Positions 41,748-52,640 of a stretch of 64,000 nt of DNA are shown here, in pieces. A program made the translations under genes and the position numbers. This DNA comes from an uncultured Acidobacteriota bacterium (GTDB lineage Bacteria; Acidobacteriota; Thermoanaerobaculia; Multivoradales; UBA5704). Below the pieces are notes generated by a model. That model was not told where the DNA came from. It made no database searches and saw only the letters and a list, made by a program, of their open reading frames with translations. Positions within the stretch are counted from its first letter, which is position 1, and every line of letters starts with the position of its first letter. The DNA lies in contig CAVXIG010000010.1 of NCBI GenBank assembly GCA_963761645.1, positions 81,266 to 145,265 of the forward strand. Direction: 5' to 3'.

Positions 41748-43078
41748 ATGAAGAAGTCGCTCGCCTGTGCCCTCGCTCTCTCCGCGCTGGGGCTCGCCGC
41801 CCCGATGAGAGCCGACACCGTGTTCATCCCCGTCATCGAGCCCGTGAACGCCGCCGGAGCCCCGCTCGCCACCCAGCTCTGGATCTCCAACTTCGACGGT
41901 GTGGAGCGCCCCTACGCCACCGCCTTCCTCCAGGCGGACCGCGCGGGGGCCGCGTCCAAGGCGGCCAGCTCGACCGTACCGGCCGAACGCGCGGTCTATC
42001 TGGAGAAGGTCGCCGCGGCGGGAGAGACCGGCCTGCTGGCGGTCGACGCTTCACCGGAGCTGGCGATCAGCGCCTGGATCAAGAGCACCCATGGCAAGCG
42101 CGTCTTCTATGCCGGCGTGCCGGTGATCACCGCGGAGAACCAGATCGCGGCGGGGACCGCCACCTACCTCAACGGCGTCGGGCGTGACGGCAGCCGCGAC
42201 GTCACCCAGCTCGCCCTGGTCAACCTCGGCGAGACCGCCGCGCAGTGCCAGGTGGACGTCGTGGCCCTCGACGGCTCCCTGGTCCGCAACGCCGGATCGG
42301 TGGAGGTTCCGGCGGGGTCGATGAGCCGGTTCGAGGACGCCCTCGGGCTGCGCGGCGAGGCCGCGGCGACCGCCAGGGTCGCGTGCGACCAGCCGTTCTA
42401 CGCGCTGGCCGCGATGGTCGACAGCAAGACCTCCGAGGTCTCCTTCGTCAACCCGGCGGATACGATCGAGAAGGTCAAGGCGCGAAGGGCGGCGGCGGCC
42501 GCCGCACGGTGATCACCTTCACCCAGAGCGGCAGCTTCCATCTCGCCACCAAGGTGACCCCCAAGAAGATCCTCCGCGTCCCGGTGCCGAAGCAGTTGAA
42601 CGCGTCGCGCGTCAGCGCCGAGTTCGACGTCGTGGCCGGCCCCTGGAACCCGCGGCTGAAGAAGGGCGCGCACAACCTGATCTTCTTCCACCGCGGCCGG
42701 TTCCGCAGCAACACCCTGGCCAACGTCAACGCCTTCGGGCCGAACAACAACAACTTCAAGTCCGCCCAGAACCTCGATCTGCCGGCAAAGTACAGCACCA
42801 GCGCCAAGGTCGGGTTCGCGTTCCAGCAGGGGCAGACCTATCACGTCAGCCTCCTCTACAGCGCGCTGGACAACAAGGTCACCTACGGCATCTACCAGGG
42901 CGGCAAGCTGGTGAAGGGCGGGCAGTATGACGGCAGCGCCCGCAACCATATGATCATGGTGCCGGGGACCGGCCTGGTGGCCGAGTTCGGGAACTACAAC
43001 AATCAGGAGCTCCCCGAGGTGTCGAGCCTGGGCTGGAGGTTCGCCAACTTCCACGTCGAGATCACGCCGGCGATCTGA
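41748..43078 (+). CDS. secreted protein of unknown function, paralog A (frameshift around 42490)
   Basis: Signal peptide MKKSLACALALSALGLAAPMRA; N-domain in ORF 41748..42512 and C-domain in ORF 42245..43078; about 35-40 percent identity to paralog B along full length. Confidence 0.6.
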
Positions 43079-43257
43079 CCGGTCTCTTTCCGGCCGGTAT
43101 CTATTTCCGGCCGGTTATTTCCGGTCATATCCGAGCCCGCCTCTCGTGCGCGAAACGCGCGCGGTGGCGGGCTCGCTGCTTTTGGGGTTGCGTTCCGTCC
43201 CTTGCGGCGATACCATACGGATGTTTCAATATATTGCAGTACGCCGCCTGAAGGAGG

Positions 43258-44664
43258 ATGGATCCGATGAGGAAGCCGCTCGCCGCTCGTCTCGGCGCTG
43301 CTCGTGCCGCCGTTTCGGTCGGAATCTTGCTGCTGGGAACGGCCGGAGCCGCTTTCGCCGGCGCGGTCTATGTTCCGGTCCCCGATCCGATCAGCTCGAC
43401 CGGGAGCACGCACGCGATTCAGATCTGGATCACCAACGGCGGCTCCGACCAGCGCCCGTATACGACGGCGTTCCTGAACGCCGAGAGCGACGGCACGCAG
43501 CGCCCCTCGACTCCGCCGGCGCAGACTCCCCTCGCCGCGGGACGCACCTCGGTCCTCGGCGGCGTCAGCAGCCCCGGCAAATCCGGCCTCCTGGAGATCA
43601 ACGCCAGCGCCGCGATGTCGGTCGACGCCCGCCTGTTCAACACCTCGGCCGACGCGCTGAGCTCTTCGGTGAGCCCGGTCCCGCTGATCTCCTCGGACAA
43701 TATGTTCGACGCCGGCAAGACGGCGGTGGTCCTGGGGCTGCGCCGCGACCCTGCCCGCGGCGACATCACCAGCCTGGGGGTGGTCAACCTCGGCAAGCAG
43801 GCGGCGCAATGCGTCATCAAGTTCGTCCGCGCCGACGGCTCGCCGATCGGCGGCCCGGCGACGTTGACGTTCAAGGCGCTCTCGCTGCGCTCTTTCAACG
43901 ACGCCTTCAGCCTGCTCGGCGAGCAGCAGGCGGCCGACGCGCGCGCGGAGGTGAGCTGCAACCAGCCGTTCTACACCTACGCGACGCTGTTCAGCCAGGC
44001 CAACTCGCAGATCCTCTTCATCACCCCCTCCGCCTCGGGCGCCTCGACGCTGAGCGGACCGGGCGGCACCAATGAGCCGCCGCCGTCCACCACCGGCTCG
44101 GTCGTCTACTCCGTTTCCGGCCTGTTCCACACCGTCACGACCGGCAATGAGAAGAAGACGTACAAGATCGAGCTCGCGAAGGCGATGCCGGCCCGGCGCA
44201 TGGTCCTCGACATGGACTTCGTCCCCGGCCCCTGGAACCGGTCGAAGAGCCCGGGCAACCACGCGATCGTCTGGCTCTATCGCGCCAAGTTCCGCAGCAA
44301 CACGTTCGCCAACGTGAACGCCTTCAGCCCGCCCAAGATGTCGCTCAAGGCGGCGCAGAACGTCGACCTGCCGCCGGCCAACACCACCCAGGACGATCAG
44401 GGGGTCGCCTGGGTGCAGGGGCAGCGCTACCACCTGAAGTACACCTACGACGCCGAGCACGGGTCGGTCACGGCGGTGCTCTCCTCCAACGGAGCGACGG
44501 TCAAGACGCTGCAGTTCCCCAGCACGGCCCCGAACGGGGTGCTCGACATCCCGACGACGGGCATGACGGTGGAGTTCGGCCACTATCCCGGCCAGGAAGG
44601 CCCCGAGGTGCCGAGCTACGGCTGGCAGTACTCGAACCTGCGGATCGAGTTCGTGCCCTACTGA
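43258..44664 (+). CDS. secreted protein of unknown function, paralog B (intact)
   Basis: 468 aa; signal peptide; shared blocks with paralog A: VY/FxPV...QxWIxN...RPYxTAFL, VNLGxxAAQCxx, CxQPFYxxA, GPWNxxxK.GxHxxxxxxRxxFRSNTxANVNAF, EFGxYxxQExPEVxSxGW. Confidence 0.65.
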   Translation: MDPMRKPLAARLGAARAAVSVGILLLGTAGAAFAGAVYVPVPDPISSTGSTHAIQIWITNGGSDQRPYTTAFLNAESDGTQRPSTPPAQTPLAAGRTSVLGGVSSPGKSGLLEINASAAMSVDARLFNTSADALSSSVSPVPLISSDNMFDAGKTAVVLGLRRDPARGDITSLGVVNLGKQAAQCVIKFVRADGSPIGGPATLTFKALSLRSFNDAFSLLGEQQAADARAEVSCNQPFYTYATLFSQANSQILFITPSASGASTLSGPGGTNEPPPSTTGSVVYSVSGLFHTVTTGNEKKTYKIELAKAMPARRMVLDMDFVPGPWNRSKSPGNHAIVWLYRAKFRSNTFANVNAFSPPKMSLKAAQNVDLPPANTTQDDQGVAWVQGQRYHLKYTYDAEHGSVTAVLSSNGATVKTLQFPSTAPNGVLDIPTTGMTVEFGHYPGQEGPEVPSYGWQYSNLRIEFVPY

Positions 44665-46329
44665 TTCGCCGCGTCGTCCGGGTCGCCGTCGGCGGGAGCC
44701 GGCGGCGGCACCCGGACGCCCTTGAGGATGTAGGGGGAATCCGCCCGCACCCAGAAGCCCGACACCTTCCGGTAGCCATAGCTCGGCAGGACGTCCGCCA
44801 CCCTCCCCATGCCGCGGCGGATCCCCCAGATCTGAAAGAAGGCGTCGGGCCGCTGCTCGTTGAGCAGCCGCAGCTCGTTCCATTTCGTGTGGCCGGGCCG
44901 GAAGGTGTCGAAATGGTCCTCGTCGAGCGGCACGATCGGCCGCATGTGCGCGATGGTGCGGTCGTTGTAGCCGAGGATGTCGATCATCTTGTAATCGGAA
45001 AAATAGGCGGGAATGCCGGCCCACGCGGTGGCCACCACGGCGCCGGGCTGAACGAGCCGCCGGAAGCCCAGGATCCCGGCGACCACCCCCTGGTGCCGGC
45101 TGGTCACCGGCGGGCGGTCGGTCAGAGTCAGCAGGCGCCAGAAATCGTCCGTCCGCGGAGAGAGCCAGAGCCCGTCGACGAGCAGCAGGGCGGCGGCGGT
45201 CGCGGCGGCGAGGACGAAGCGCCCGGCCGGATCGTCCTCGACCGCTCCCCTCCGGCTCCGCCAGGCCGCGAGCGCCTCGTTGAGCGTGGCGTTGAACAGC
45301 ACGAAGAGGAGCGGCACGACGAAGGCGATGAAGCGGTTGGCGCGGATCGGCAGGTCGCCATCCCAGGCATCTCCCCCGACATAGACGCTGTAGGCGCAGT
45401 AAAGAACGAAGATCACGGCCGGCAGGATCAGCCGGCGGTTCCGCCGCAGGAAGACGCCGAGCCCGATCCCCGCGACCAGCAGGACGGCCAGGTGGTCGCG
45501 TACGAACTGCGTCAGAACCGTCATCCCGCGCAGCAGGCGCACCGCGAGCGGCACGCCGGTGAGCTTGAGGTAGTACGTGTTCGGCAGCAGATCGTGGAAA
45601 TAGACCCAGCGGAAGACTGCCGTACGCGAGGGTCATGGCGCAGAAGATCCCGAAGCCGGCGAGCCAGCTCCGCTTTCTCACCTGCCAGAACCCTCCCTGC
45701 AGAAGCACGTAGAGCTGGACCGCGGCGACCAGCAGCAGCATGTCCATCCGCAGCAGGAAGGACGCCGCGCAGACGATCCACAGGGCGAGGTTGTGGTCGC
45801 GTCCGGAGTGAGCCGTCGACAGGGCGAGCTGGACGGCGAGCACCGTGAGCAGCGCCTGCAGGCCGGTTTCCATCCCCATCAGCGCCCAGTAGGCGAGCGG
45901 ATAGTAGAAGGCCGTGAGCACGGCGGCGGGCATCCAGTGGCGCGCTCCCGGGGGAGAAAAGTGATCGATCATCAGGCGGCGGGCGGCGATCACGGTGCCG
46001 GCGAGGGTCAGCAGCGAGAGGAGCTGGATCGGCAGACTGCGCTCGCGCAGCGGGATCGGCAGCGCGTTGACCGGAACCATCAGGAAGGTCCAGAGCGGAT
46101 GGGTGAACCCCTCGACCGGCTCTCCCCACCGCGCCCATTCGAGCCCGTGCCCCTCGACCAGGTTGCGGGCGTAGGTCATCGAGATCATCGCGTCGTCGAA
46201 CAGGGAGTAATAGCGCTGCCCCTCGACCTCGAACGAGGAGCGATGGATGAACCATCCCGCCCAGAGCCCGAAGACGAGCAGCAGGACGGCCAGACCGAAA
46301 GAGAATTTCCGGGAAGACGGTTGATCCAT
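44658..46329 (-). CDS. polytopic membrane protein, GT-C-fold glycosyltransferase-like (frameshift around 45625)
   Basis: N-terminal MDQPSSRKFSFGLAVLLLVFGLWAGWFIHRSSFEVEGQRYYSLFDDAMISMTYARNL... multiple TM segments; continues ...YFHDLLPNTYYLKLTGVPLAVRLLRGM... in ORF 44658..45554; the remainder of giant ORF 43003..46329 is antisense artefact. Confidence 0.5.
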
Positions 46330-46332
46330 TCT

Positions 46333-47730
46333 CTATCCTTGCGAAGGAGCCTGCGTGAAGAAGGTCCGGAACGGCCGCCAGTACCGCGCCGCGAGCCCGC
46401 CGGCGGCGAGGGCGGCGGCGATCAGGGAGACGAGGAACCGCTCCCAGCTCCCCGGCGCGAAGAGCCAGGCGGCGAGTGCGAAAAATGGCAACGGAATGAG
46501 ATACAGCAGGGCGAGGTCGCCCAGGAGCGTGCGGAAGCGCGGGCCGAACACGCGGGCGACCTCCCAGGCCATCACGAGATTCCCGATCAGCAGATAGTTC
46601 GCCGCCCCCATCCCCGCGGCGCCCCAGAGCTGGGTGAACCAGATCCCGAAACCCAACAGGGAGACCAGGTTGAGCAGCTCGATCCCGAACCAGGAGCGGT
46701 CCCGGTGTTGTGCCTTGAGCATCTCGCCGCCGAGAATGGTGAACTGATCGAAGAATGGAATGAACGCGATCACCCGCAGGATCGGCACCGCGGCCAGCCA
46801 GTTCTCCCCCATCAGGATCAGGATCACCTTCTCCGCGTTGAAGAACAGAAAATAGCTCGCCACGACCTGGCAGCCCAGGAGCTGGATCGTGCTCAGCCGG
46901 AAGAACTCCAGGAACCGGGGGCGGTCCTCGAGATACTCGACCAGCGTCGGAAAGAGCGCGCGGGGATAGACGATCGTCGCCACCAGGAAGGCGTAACCGT
47001 AGACGCGGGCGTAGAGCCCGACCGTGGCGGTGTCCTGGAACCAGCCGATGATGTAGATGTCGATGTAGTTGACGAGCTGCAGGGTGAGCCAGATGAGGAA
47101 GAGGAACCGGCTGCGGCGGACGAGATCGGAGATCAGGTCCGGCTCGAATCGCAAGGGAATCCTGCCCCAGGCCTTCGCCCAGGAGTAGCCGGCGAGCAGC
47201 GCGGCGCCCAGGAGGTCGGCGATCACCAGGCTCCAGACTCCCCACCCCCGCCAGGCGAGCCCCACCGCGACGGCGGCGATCACGATGCCGCGCCAGATCT
47301 CCGGAGCGATCAGGTTGCCGATCTTCAGCTCCCGTTCGAAGAAGGCGCGAGGCACCACCGCGAGACCGTCCAGCAGGACCCAGACGGCGAAGACCCGCAG
47401 CACCAGCGGCAGCTCGGGGTTGAAGCGGCCGGCGGCCGGCGCCACCGCGATCAGCAGGAGAGTGATCACGACGCCGAGCGTCGCGGTGACGGCGAGGACC
47501 GTGCCGTAGGGGCGGCGCTTGTCGCGCACCAGGTGGTACGGCAGGCCGAGGTCGCGGACGGCGGAGGCGACGGTCACGATCCGCAGGGCGAGCTCGTAAA
47601 GGCCATGCCCTTCGGGGAGGATCAGCCGCGCGAGGGCGATCTTCGCCCCGAAGTTGATCCCCAGGCGGGCGAGCTGGATGGCGTAGGAGGCGAACGTCGA
47701 GCGCAGGATGCGCTGCTCGGTGGTGCCGCC
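46333..47730 (-). CDS. wzx: Wzx-type polysaccharide flippase (MOP superfamily); N-terminus extends upstream of the annotated GTG, true start unresolved
   Basis: ORF 46333..47577 plus in-frame upstream ...RILRSTFASYAIQLARLGINFGAKIALARLILPEGHGLYELALRI... (P-x-x-F/H-G-x-Y-x-LAL signature of MOP N-termini); about 12 TM segments. Confidence 0.65.
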   Translation of the reverse strand, partial: GGTTEQRILRSTFASYAIQLARLGINFGAKIALARLILPEGHGLYELALRIVTVASAVRDLGLPYHLVRDKRRPYGTVLAVTATLGVVITLLLIAVAPAAGRFNPELPLVLRVFAVWVLLDGLAVVPRAFFERELKIGNLIAPEIWRGIVIAAVAVGLAWRGWGVWSLVIADLLGAALLAGYSWAKAWGRIPLRFEPDLISDLVRRSRFLFLIWLTLQLVNYIDIYIIGWFQDTATVGLYARVYGYAFLVATIVYPRALFPTLVEYLEDRPRFLEFFRLSTIQLLGCQVVASYFLFFNAEKVILILMGENWLAAVPILRVIAFIPFFDQFTILGGEMLKAQHRDRSWFGIELLNLVSLLGFGIWFTQLWGAAGMGAANYLLIGNLVMAWEVARVFGPRFRTLLGDLALLYLIPLPFFALAAWLFAPGSWERFLVSLIAAALAAGGLAARYWRPFRTFFTQAPSQG

Positions 47731-47752
47731 GAGGCTCTCCCGCCCGGCACGT

Positions 47753-48892
47753 CTAGAGGAGGTTCGCCCAGCGCGCCCATTTTTCGGTGAGATCCATGCC
47801 GGTCTCGAAATCGAAGGCCGGCCGGTAGCCCAGGAGCCGCTTCGCCTTGTCGATGCGGACGTGGGTCCGGGGGCGGAAGAAGCCGATCATCTCGGGACTC
47901 AGCGGGTGGATCGGCAGCTCGGCGGCGGCGCGGGACGGCCGGCCGCCGCTCCCCAGGCCGGCCTTGATCCGCTGCTGCACGCTCTCCGGCAGCACCGTGC
48001 TCGCCATCTCGCGCAGCCAGACCCCTTCGCGGGTGCGCTCGATCCGCTCGCGGATCGGCTGCTCCGACTTGAGGATGCGGAGCGCCTCCCCCACCGCGTG
48101 CGGCTGCGCCCGCTTCCACTGGCGCCAGAAGGCGAGCGCCTCGGCCTCGGTCATGTCCACCGTCCGCCGCTCCATCCCGAGCATCCGCTCGAAACGGCCG
48201 TAGAGCTCCCGCCAGGTCACCGGCTCCTCGCCGGAGATCAGGAACGCCTCCCCCACCGCCGCGTCCTCGACCGCCGCGAGGAGCATGGCGCTCACCAGGT
48301 CGTCCACATAGACGGCGTTGCCCAGGCCGTCGCCGCCGTTGATCAGGATCTGCCGGCCGGCCTTGAGCGCCCGGATCACCGACTCGGTCCAGACCCCGCC
48401 GTAGGGTCCGTAGACCGCCGTCGGCTGCAGCACGGCGACCGGCAGCCCCGAGGTGAGGGCGATCTGCTCGGCCTCCAGCTTGCTGTCCGAGTAGGCGTTG
48501 CCGAAGCGGCGCCGGGGAGCGGTCTCGTCGAGGTCGCCGTCGGTGGTCTGGCCGTAGACCATCAGCGTGCTCAGGTAGACGATGCGTCCGACGTTGGCGG
48601 CCCGGGACGCCTCCAGCACCCGCCGCGTCCCCTCGCGGTTGATGTAGGCGCGGTGCTTCTGGCTGCCGGAGGTGCCGTAGGCGCAGTGGAAGACGATGTC
48701 GCACCCCTGGATGGCCACCGCGAGATCGGGGGAGCTGGTGATGTCGCCGCGCAGCACGGTCACCGGGAAGCGGGCGAGACGGGCCGCCGCCGCCAGGTTG
48801 CGCACCAGGACGCGCACCTCGGCGCCATGCTCGACGATCAGGCGCTCGACCAGCCGGCCGCCGATGAAGCCGGTGGCGCCGGTGACCAGCAC
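47753..48892 (-). CDS. NAD-dependent epimerase/dehydratase (SDR family) with C-terminal extension
   Basis: 379 aa intact; MLVTGATGFIGGRLVERL; YxxxK. Confidence 0.8.
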   Translation of the reverse strand: MLVTGATGFIGGRLVERLIVEHGAEVRVLVRNLAAAARLARFPVTVLRGDITSSPDLAVAIQGCDIVFHCAYGTSGSQKHRAYINREGTRRVLEASRAANVGRIVYLSTLMVYGQTTDGDLDETAPRRRFGNAYSDSKLEAEQIALTSGLPVAVLQPTAVYGPYGGVWTESVIRALKAGRQILINGGDGLGNAVYVDDLVSAMLLAAVEDAAVGEAFLISGEEPVTWRELYGRFERMLGMERRTVDMTEAEALAFWRQWKRAQPHAVGEALRILKSEQPIRERIERTREGVWLREMASTVLPESVQQRIKAGLGSGGRPSRAAAELPIHPLSPEMIGFFRPRTHVRIDKAKRLLGYRPAFDFETGMDLTEKWARWANLL

Positions 48893-48920
48893 CCGGCGGC
48901 CGGCAGGCGCCCGCAGAGGC

Positions 48921-49961
48921 TCACGAGACCCGCTCCCGAGCGGGGAGGACCGACCAGGGGAGCTCCAGGAGCTGGCGCTGCGCGTAGCAGGCCTCGATCA
49001 GCGCCAGCGACCGGCGCCCCTCGGCTCCCGGGATGAACGGCTCGCGCCGCAGGCGGATCGCGCGCGCGAAGTCGTCGATCTGCCGCACGAAGACGTCGGT
49101 GAAGTTGAGCGCCGAGCCGCGGTCTCCACGAGCGTGGCCGGCCAGCGAGACCTCGCTGCCGGCGATCGACAGGCGGATCTCGGGATCGGGATCCCAGACG
49201 CCGACCTCGAGCCTGGCCCGCTCCCCTTCGAAGACGCAGGTGTTGCGGAGGGTGCGCGTGCGGCTGACCTCGACCTCCCCCTGGATGCCGGCGGCGGTGG
49301 CGAGGGTCATCTCGCAGTCCGACTCGACGCCGCCCATGGCGTCGTCCCGGTACCCGGTCACCGTCAGGTCCCCCAGCCACCAGAGCAGCAGGTCGAGCAC
49401 GTGGACGCCGAAGTCGGCCAGCACGCCGCCGCCCGCCATCTCCTTCTTGAGCAGGAAGTCGGTGGCGAACGGCCAGCGGGGGATCACCCCCTGGCGCAGG
49501 TCGAAGCCGCGGATCTCGCCGATCAGGCCGTCGCGCAGCAGGTTGCGGACGAACAGCGAGGCGTCGAAGAAGCGGAAATCGAGCCCCACGGCCAGCACGG
49601 CGCGGCCGGTGCGGGCGGCGTCGATCATCTCGTCGCACTCGCGCACGTTCATCGCCATCGGCTTCTCGACCAGCACGTGGACGCCCCGCCGCAGCAGGTC
49701 GATCGAGACCGGCGCGTGCAGGCTGTTCGGCAGGGCGACGACGGCGGCCTCGACCTTCCCCGGCAGACCCTTGAAATCGGTCGCCACCTCGGGCACGCCG
49801 AAACGCTCGGCGAGGGCGCGGGCGCGCTTCTCGTCCGCGTCCACGAGCACGGCGGCCTCGACCCGGTCGGAAGCCGCGATGGCGGGCAGATGGTGGATCT
49901 GCGCCACGGCGCCGCAGCCGACGACGGCGAGGCGGACCTTGGATGTGTTCGGTTTCGTCAT
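48921..49961 (-). CDS. Gfo/Idh/MocA family oxidoreductase (sugar-nucleotide dehydrogenase-like)
   Basis: 346 aa intact; VRLAVVGCGAVAQIHHLPA Rossmann; EKPMA motif. Confidence 0.85.
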   Translation of the reverse strand: MTKPNTSKVRLAVVGCGAVAQIHHLPAIAASDRVEAAVLVDADEKRARALAERFGVPEVATDFKGLPGKVEAAVVALPNSLHAPVSIDLLRRGVHVLVEKPMAMNVRECDEMIDAARTGRAVLAVGLDFRFFDASLFVRNLLRDGLIGEIRGFDLRQGVIPRWPFATDFLLKKEMAGGGVLADFGVHVLDLLLWWLGDLTVTGYRDDAMGGVESDCEMTLATAAGIQGEVEVSRTRTLRNTCVFEGERARLEVGVWDPDPEIRLSIAGSEVSLAGHARGDRGSALNFTDVFVRQIDDFARAIRLRREPFIPGAEGRRSLALIEACYAQRQLLELPWSVLPARERVS

Positions 49962-50002
49962 GGGGAGAGGCTCGGAACGCCGGAGCGGCGGCGTATCTTA
50001 CC

Positions 50003-50791
50003 TCAGGCGAGATCAAGGATCGTGGGGAGCCGCGCGTGCTCGCGGATGGCCGCCGCCAGCTCCTCGGGAGTCCCGACGTCGCGGTACCGCCCCGCCGGGA
50101 ACTCGACCCCCTCGACGTGGAGCCCGGCCTCGACGGCGGACCGCACCACGGCGCCGATCTGGAATTCCCCTCTCTCCGACGGGTGCGTTCCTCACGGCCT
50201 CATGGAGGAATCGGGTGAAGACCGGGCTCCAGACCGCGATCAGCCAGTTGTAGCGCAGCTCCGTGCTCTCCGGCCGCACCTCGACGCGGACCACCCGGCC
50301 GTCGTCTCCAAGCTCGACCATGTCGGTGGAGCGGAACCGCTCGGTCGGGAAGAGCCCGAGGACGAGGTCGGCCCCCGTCGCCGCCTGCCGCGCGATCAGG
50401 GGAGCGTAGGCGTCGGCCGGCTCGAAGATCACGTCCGGAAAGCCAAGGGCCACGATCGACTCCTCGACGAACGGAAACGCCCGGTCGAGCGTCTCCGGCA
50501 CGCTCCGCGATCCCGGGATGGAGAGATAGGCGAGCGCCACGTCCGCGATCTCCCCCGTCCCGAAATAGCGGGGAACGTCCTGCTTGGATTCATGGAGCAC
50601 CATGAAGACCCGCCGCACCCCGGCCGTCCGGAACCGCTCCAGCAGATAATGCCCTGCCACCTTGGGAGCCGGCCCGCGAGGAGTCTCCCGGAAGCCGATC
50701 GGCAGCAGCTCCTTGCTGCACGGCAGCGGCCCCAGCCGCTCGGCCCGGCCGGCGGCGGGGATGAGGCCGACGAGGGGGAGAAGTTCCACAG
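50003..50791 (-). CDS. sugar-phosphate nucleotidyltransferase (frameshift around 50175)
   Basis: GTG start; ...LIPAAGRAERLGPLPCSKELLPIG... (G-x-G-T-R-L-like loop) ...FMVLHESKQD...; C-terminus recovered in alternate frame ...EFQIGAVVRSAVEAGLHVEGVEFPAGRYRDVGTPEELAAAIREHARL. Confidence 0.6.
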
Positions 50792-51377
50792 CCCGGAGAC
50801 GCGGCGGAAATGGTCGAGATTGCGCTAGAGTCCGTGGACAAGCAGTGCCGCTATCAGAATGTCGATCGCCGTTCGCACCCTGCTTTTTGAGAAGCCATAG
50901 ATCTCGGCGGCTTCGTCGATCATCTCCCGGATGTCTGGGGCATTCCTCTCGAACGCGAGGCGCCAAAGGCATCTTTCGCCTTAGCCGGAGGATTCGTAGC
51001 GATAATGCTGGAATTGCCTGTCAGCCGGTCTGCGCACCTTTGCACGTTGAAATCACGTTTTAAATCTCCGAGAGGATGTCGATATCGAAGATAGCCATCA
51101 TCCGGCGTTTGCGGGAGAATCGGCTTCGTCCATGGGATCGTCTCCACCTCGGCGATCTCAATCGGCCCTAGACTTCATCCAAGCGGCGAGCTCGGCTCAG
51201 CGTCTCTGCCGCCGAGCTCCTGCCTGAACGGAAAACTGATGTCGGACAAGAGGTCTTGTAGCGGTTCGAGGACACCGTCCTCGAGCAGCTCAAATACGCA
51301 AGTACCGTTCGGTTCATTCTTGACCTTGGCCTTCTCATATCCCCTCAAAGCTAGCACCCGGAGTAAGATCCCGCCCC

Positions 51378-52233
51378 ATGGCCGAGCCCGCCGCCTACGA
51401 GTACCTCACCCGCAAGGAGGCCGACATGGCCTTCAAGCGGCGGGCGTGGACGATCTTCGAGTGGCTGGGACCGACGGACGGCCAGACGATCCTCGACTGC
51501 GGGTGCGGCCGCGGGTTCTACCTCAAGATGCTGCGCCACCTGGGGTCCGCCCGGCTCTTCGGGGTCGACCTGGAGCTCCCCTATCTCCGCAAGGCGCGCC
51601 GCAACACGGCCCACCTGCCTGCGATCCTGGTGGGCAACGCCTCGATCTACGATCTCCCCTTCCCGGACGAGACCTTCGACGCCGTCATCCTCTCCGAGAT
51701 CCTGGAGCACGTCGACCGCGACGTGGACGCCCTCCGCGAGATCCGCCGCGTGCTCAAGCCGGGCGGGCTGGCCCTCCTCACCGTGCCCCACGCGAACTAC
51801 CCCTTCTGGTGGGACCCGATCAACAAGACCCTGGAGACGCTCTTCCATACCCACATCGGCCGGGGACCGCTCGCCGGCATCTGGGCCTTCCACGTCCGCC
51901 TCTACACGCCGGAGAAGTTGCGGCAGGCGGCGCTCGCGGCGGGCTTCGAGGTCGAGGAGGAGCGCTCCTTCACCCATCACGCCTTCCCGTTCGTCCACAA
52001 CCTGCTCTACGGGCTGGGCAAACCGCTCCTCGAATCCGGGCATCTTCGGCCGGGGCCTCGCCGACGTGGCGGACCGCGGCAGCTTCGATCAGGATGGCGG
52101 CAGCCCGCTCCACCCCGTCAACCTGGGGCTCAAGCTGCTGAACCGGATCGACCGCGGGAACCGGATGAACGAGCCGCCGGGGCGATCGACGGTGAATCTG
52201 TGTTTGAAGGCGCGGAAGCCCGCTATAAGATAG
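51378..52233 (+). CDS. class I SAM-dependent methyltransferase (frameshift around 52035)
   Basis: ILDCGCGRGFYLKML motif I; LKPGGLALLTVP; C-terminus ...IFGRGLADVADRGSFDQDGGSPLHPVNLGLKLLNRIDRGN... recovered in alternate frame ending TAG 52231-52233. Confidence 0.65.
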
Positions 52234-52241
52234 AGATCGCC

Positions 52242-52640
52242 ATGGCATCTACCGCACTTAATCTACCGCCCCATCTCAAGGACGAAGCCGAGGAATGGGC
52301 GAACCGGCAGGGTATCTCTCTGGACCAGTTCATCGTCTGGGCCGTCGCCGAAAAGGTAGGAGGGCTGAAGCAGGCGATCGACGATCCGCGATTCCCTCGT
52401 GTCACCTACCGGCGGGGGGCCGCGGGTTGGCCTGAACCCCTCCTCCGCGGCACCGGGATTCGAGTCCAGACGATCGTCGTGGCTCACCAGCTCTGGAAAA
52501 TGTCCCCCTCGGAGATCGCGGCCGACTATGACCTGACAACAGAACAGGTTACGGACGCCCTCGCTTTCTATGAGGCCCATCGAGGCGAGATCGAGGCCTC
52601 GCTCGCCGACGAGCAACAGAGCGAACCCGCGAATGCCTGA
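52242..52640 (+). CDS. antitoxin-like protein: HicB/RHH-like N-terminus fused to DUF433 domain
   Basis: MASTALNLPPHLKDEAEEWANRQGISLDQFIVWAVAEKVGG... (HicB-family antitoxin-like) followed by ...RVTYRRGAAGWPEPLLRGTGIRVQTIVVAHQLWKMSPSEIAADYDLTTEQVTDALAFYEAH (DUF433). Confidence 0.6.
   Translation: MASTALNLPPHLKDEAEEWANRQGISLDQFIVWAVAEKVGGLKQAIDDPRFPRVTYRRGAAGWPEPLLRGTGIRVQTIVVAHQLWKMSPSEIAADYDLTTEQVTDALAFYEAHRGEIEASLADEQQSEPANA

Noticed and set aside
43003-46329. 1108-aa minus-strand ORF
   Set aside because: Chimeric. Only the first roughly 230 codons (from 46329) look like a membrane protein. The remainder is antisense to the intact secreted-protein gene 43258..44664 and has low-complexity Arg/Gly/Pro composition.
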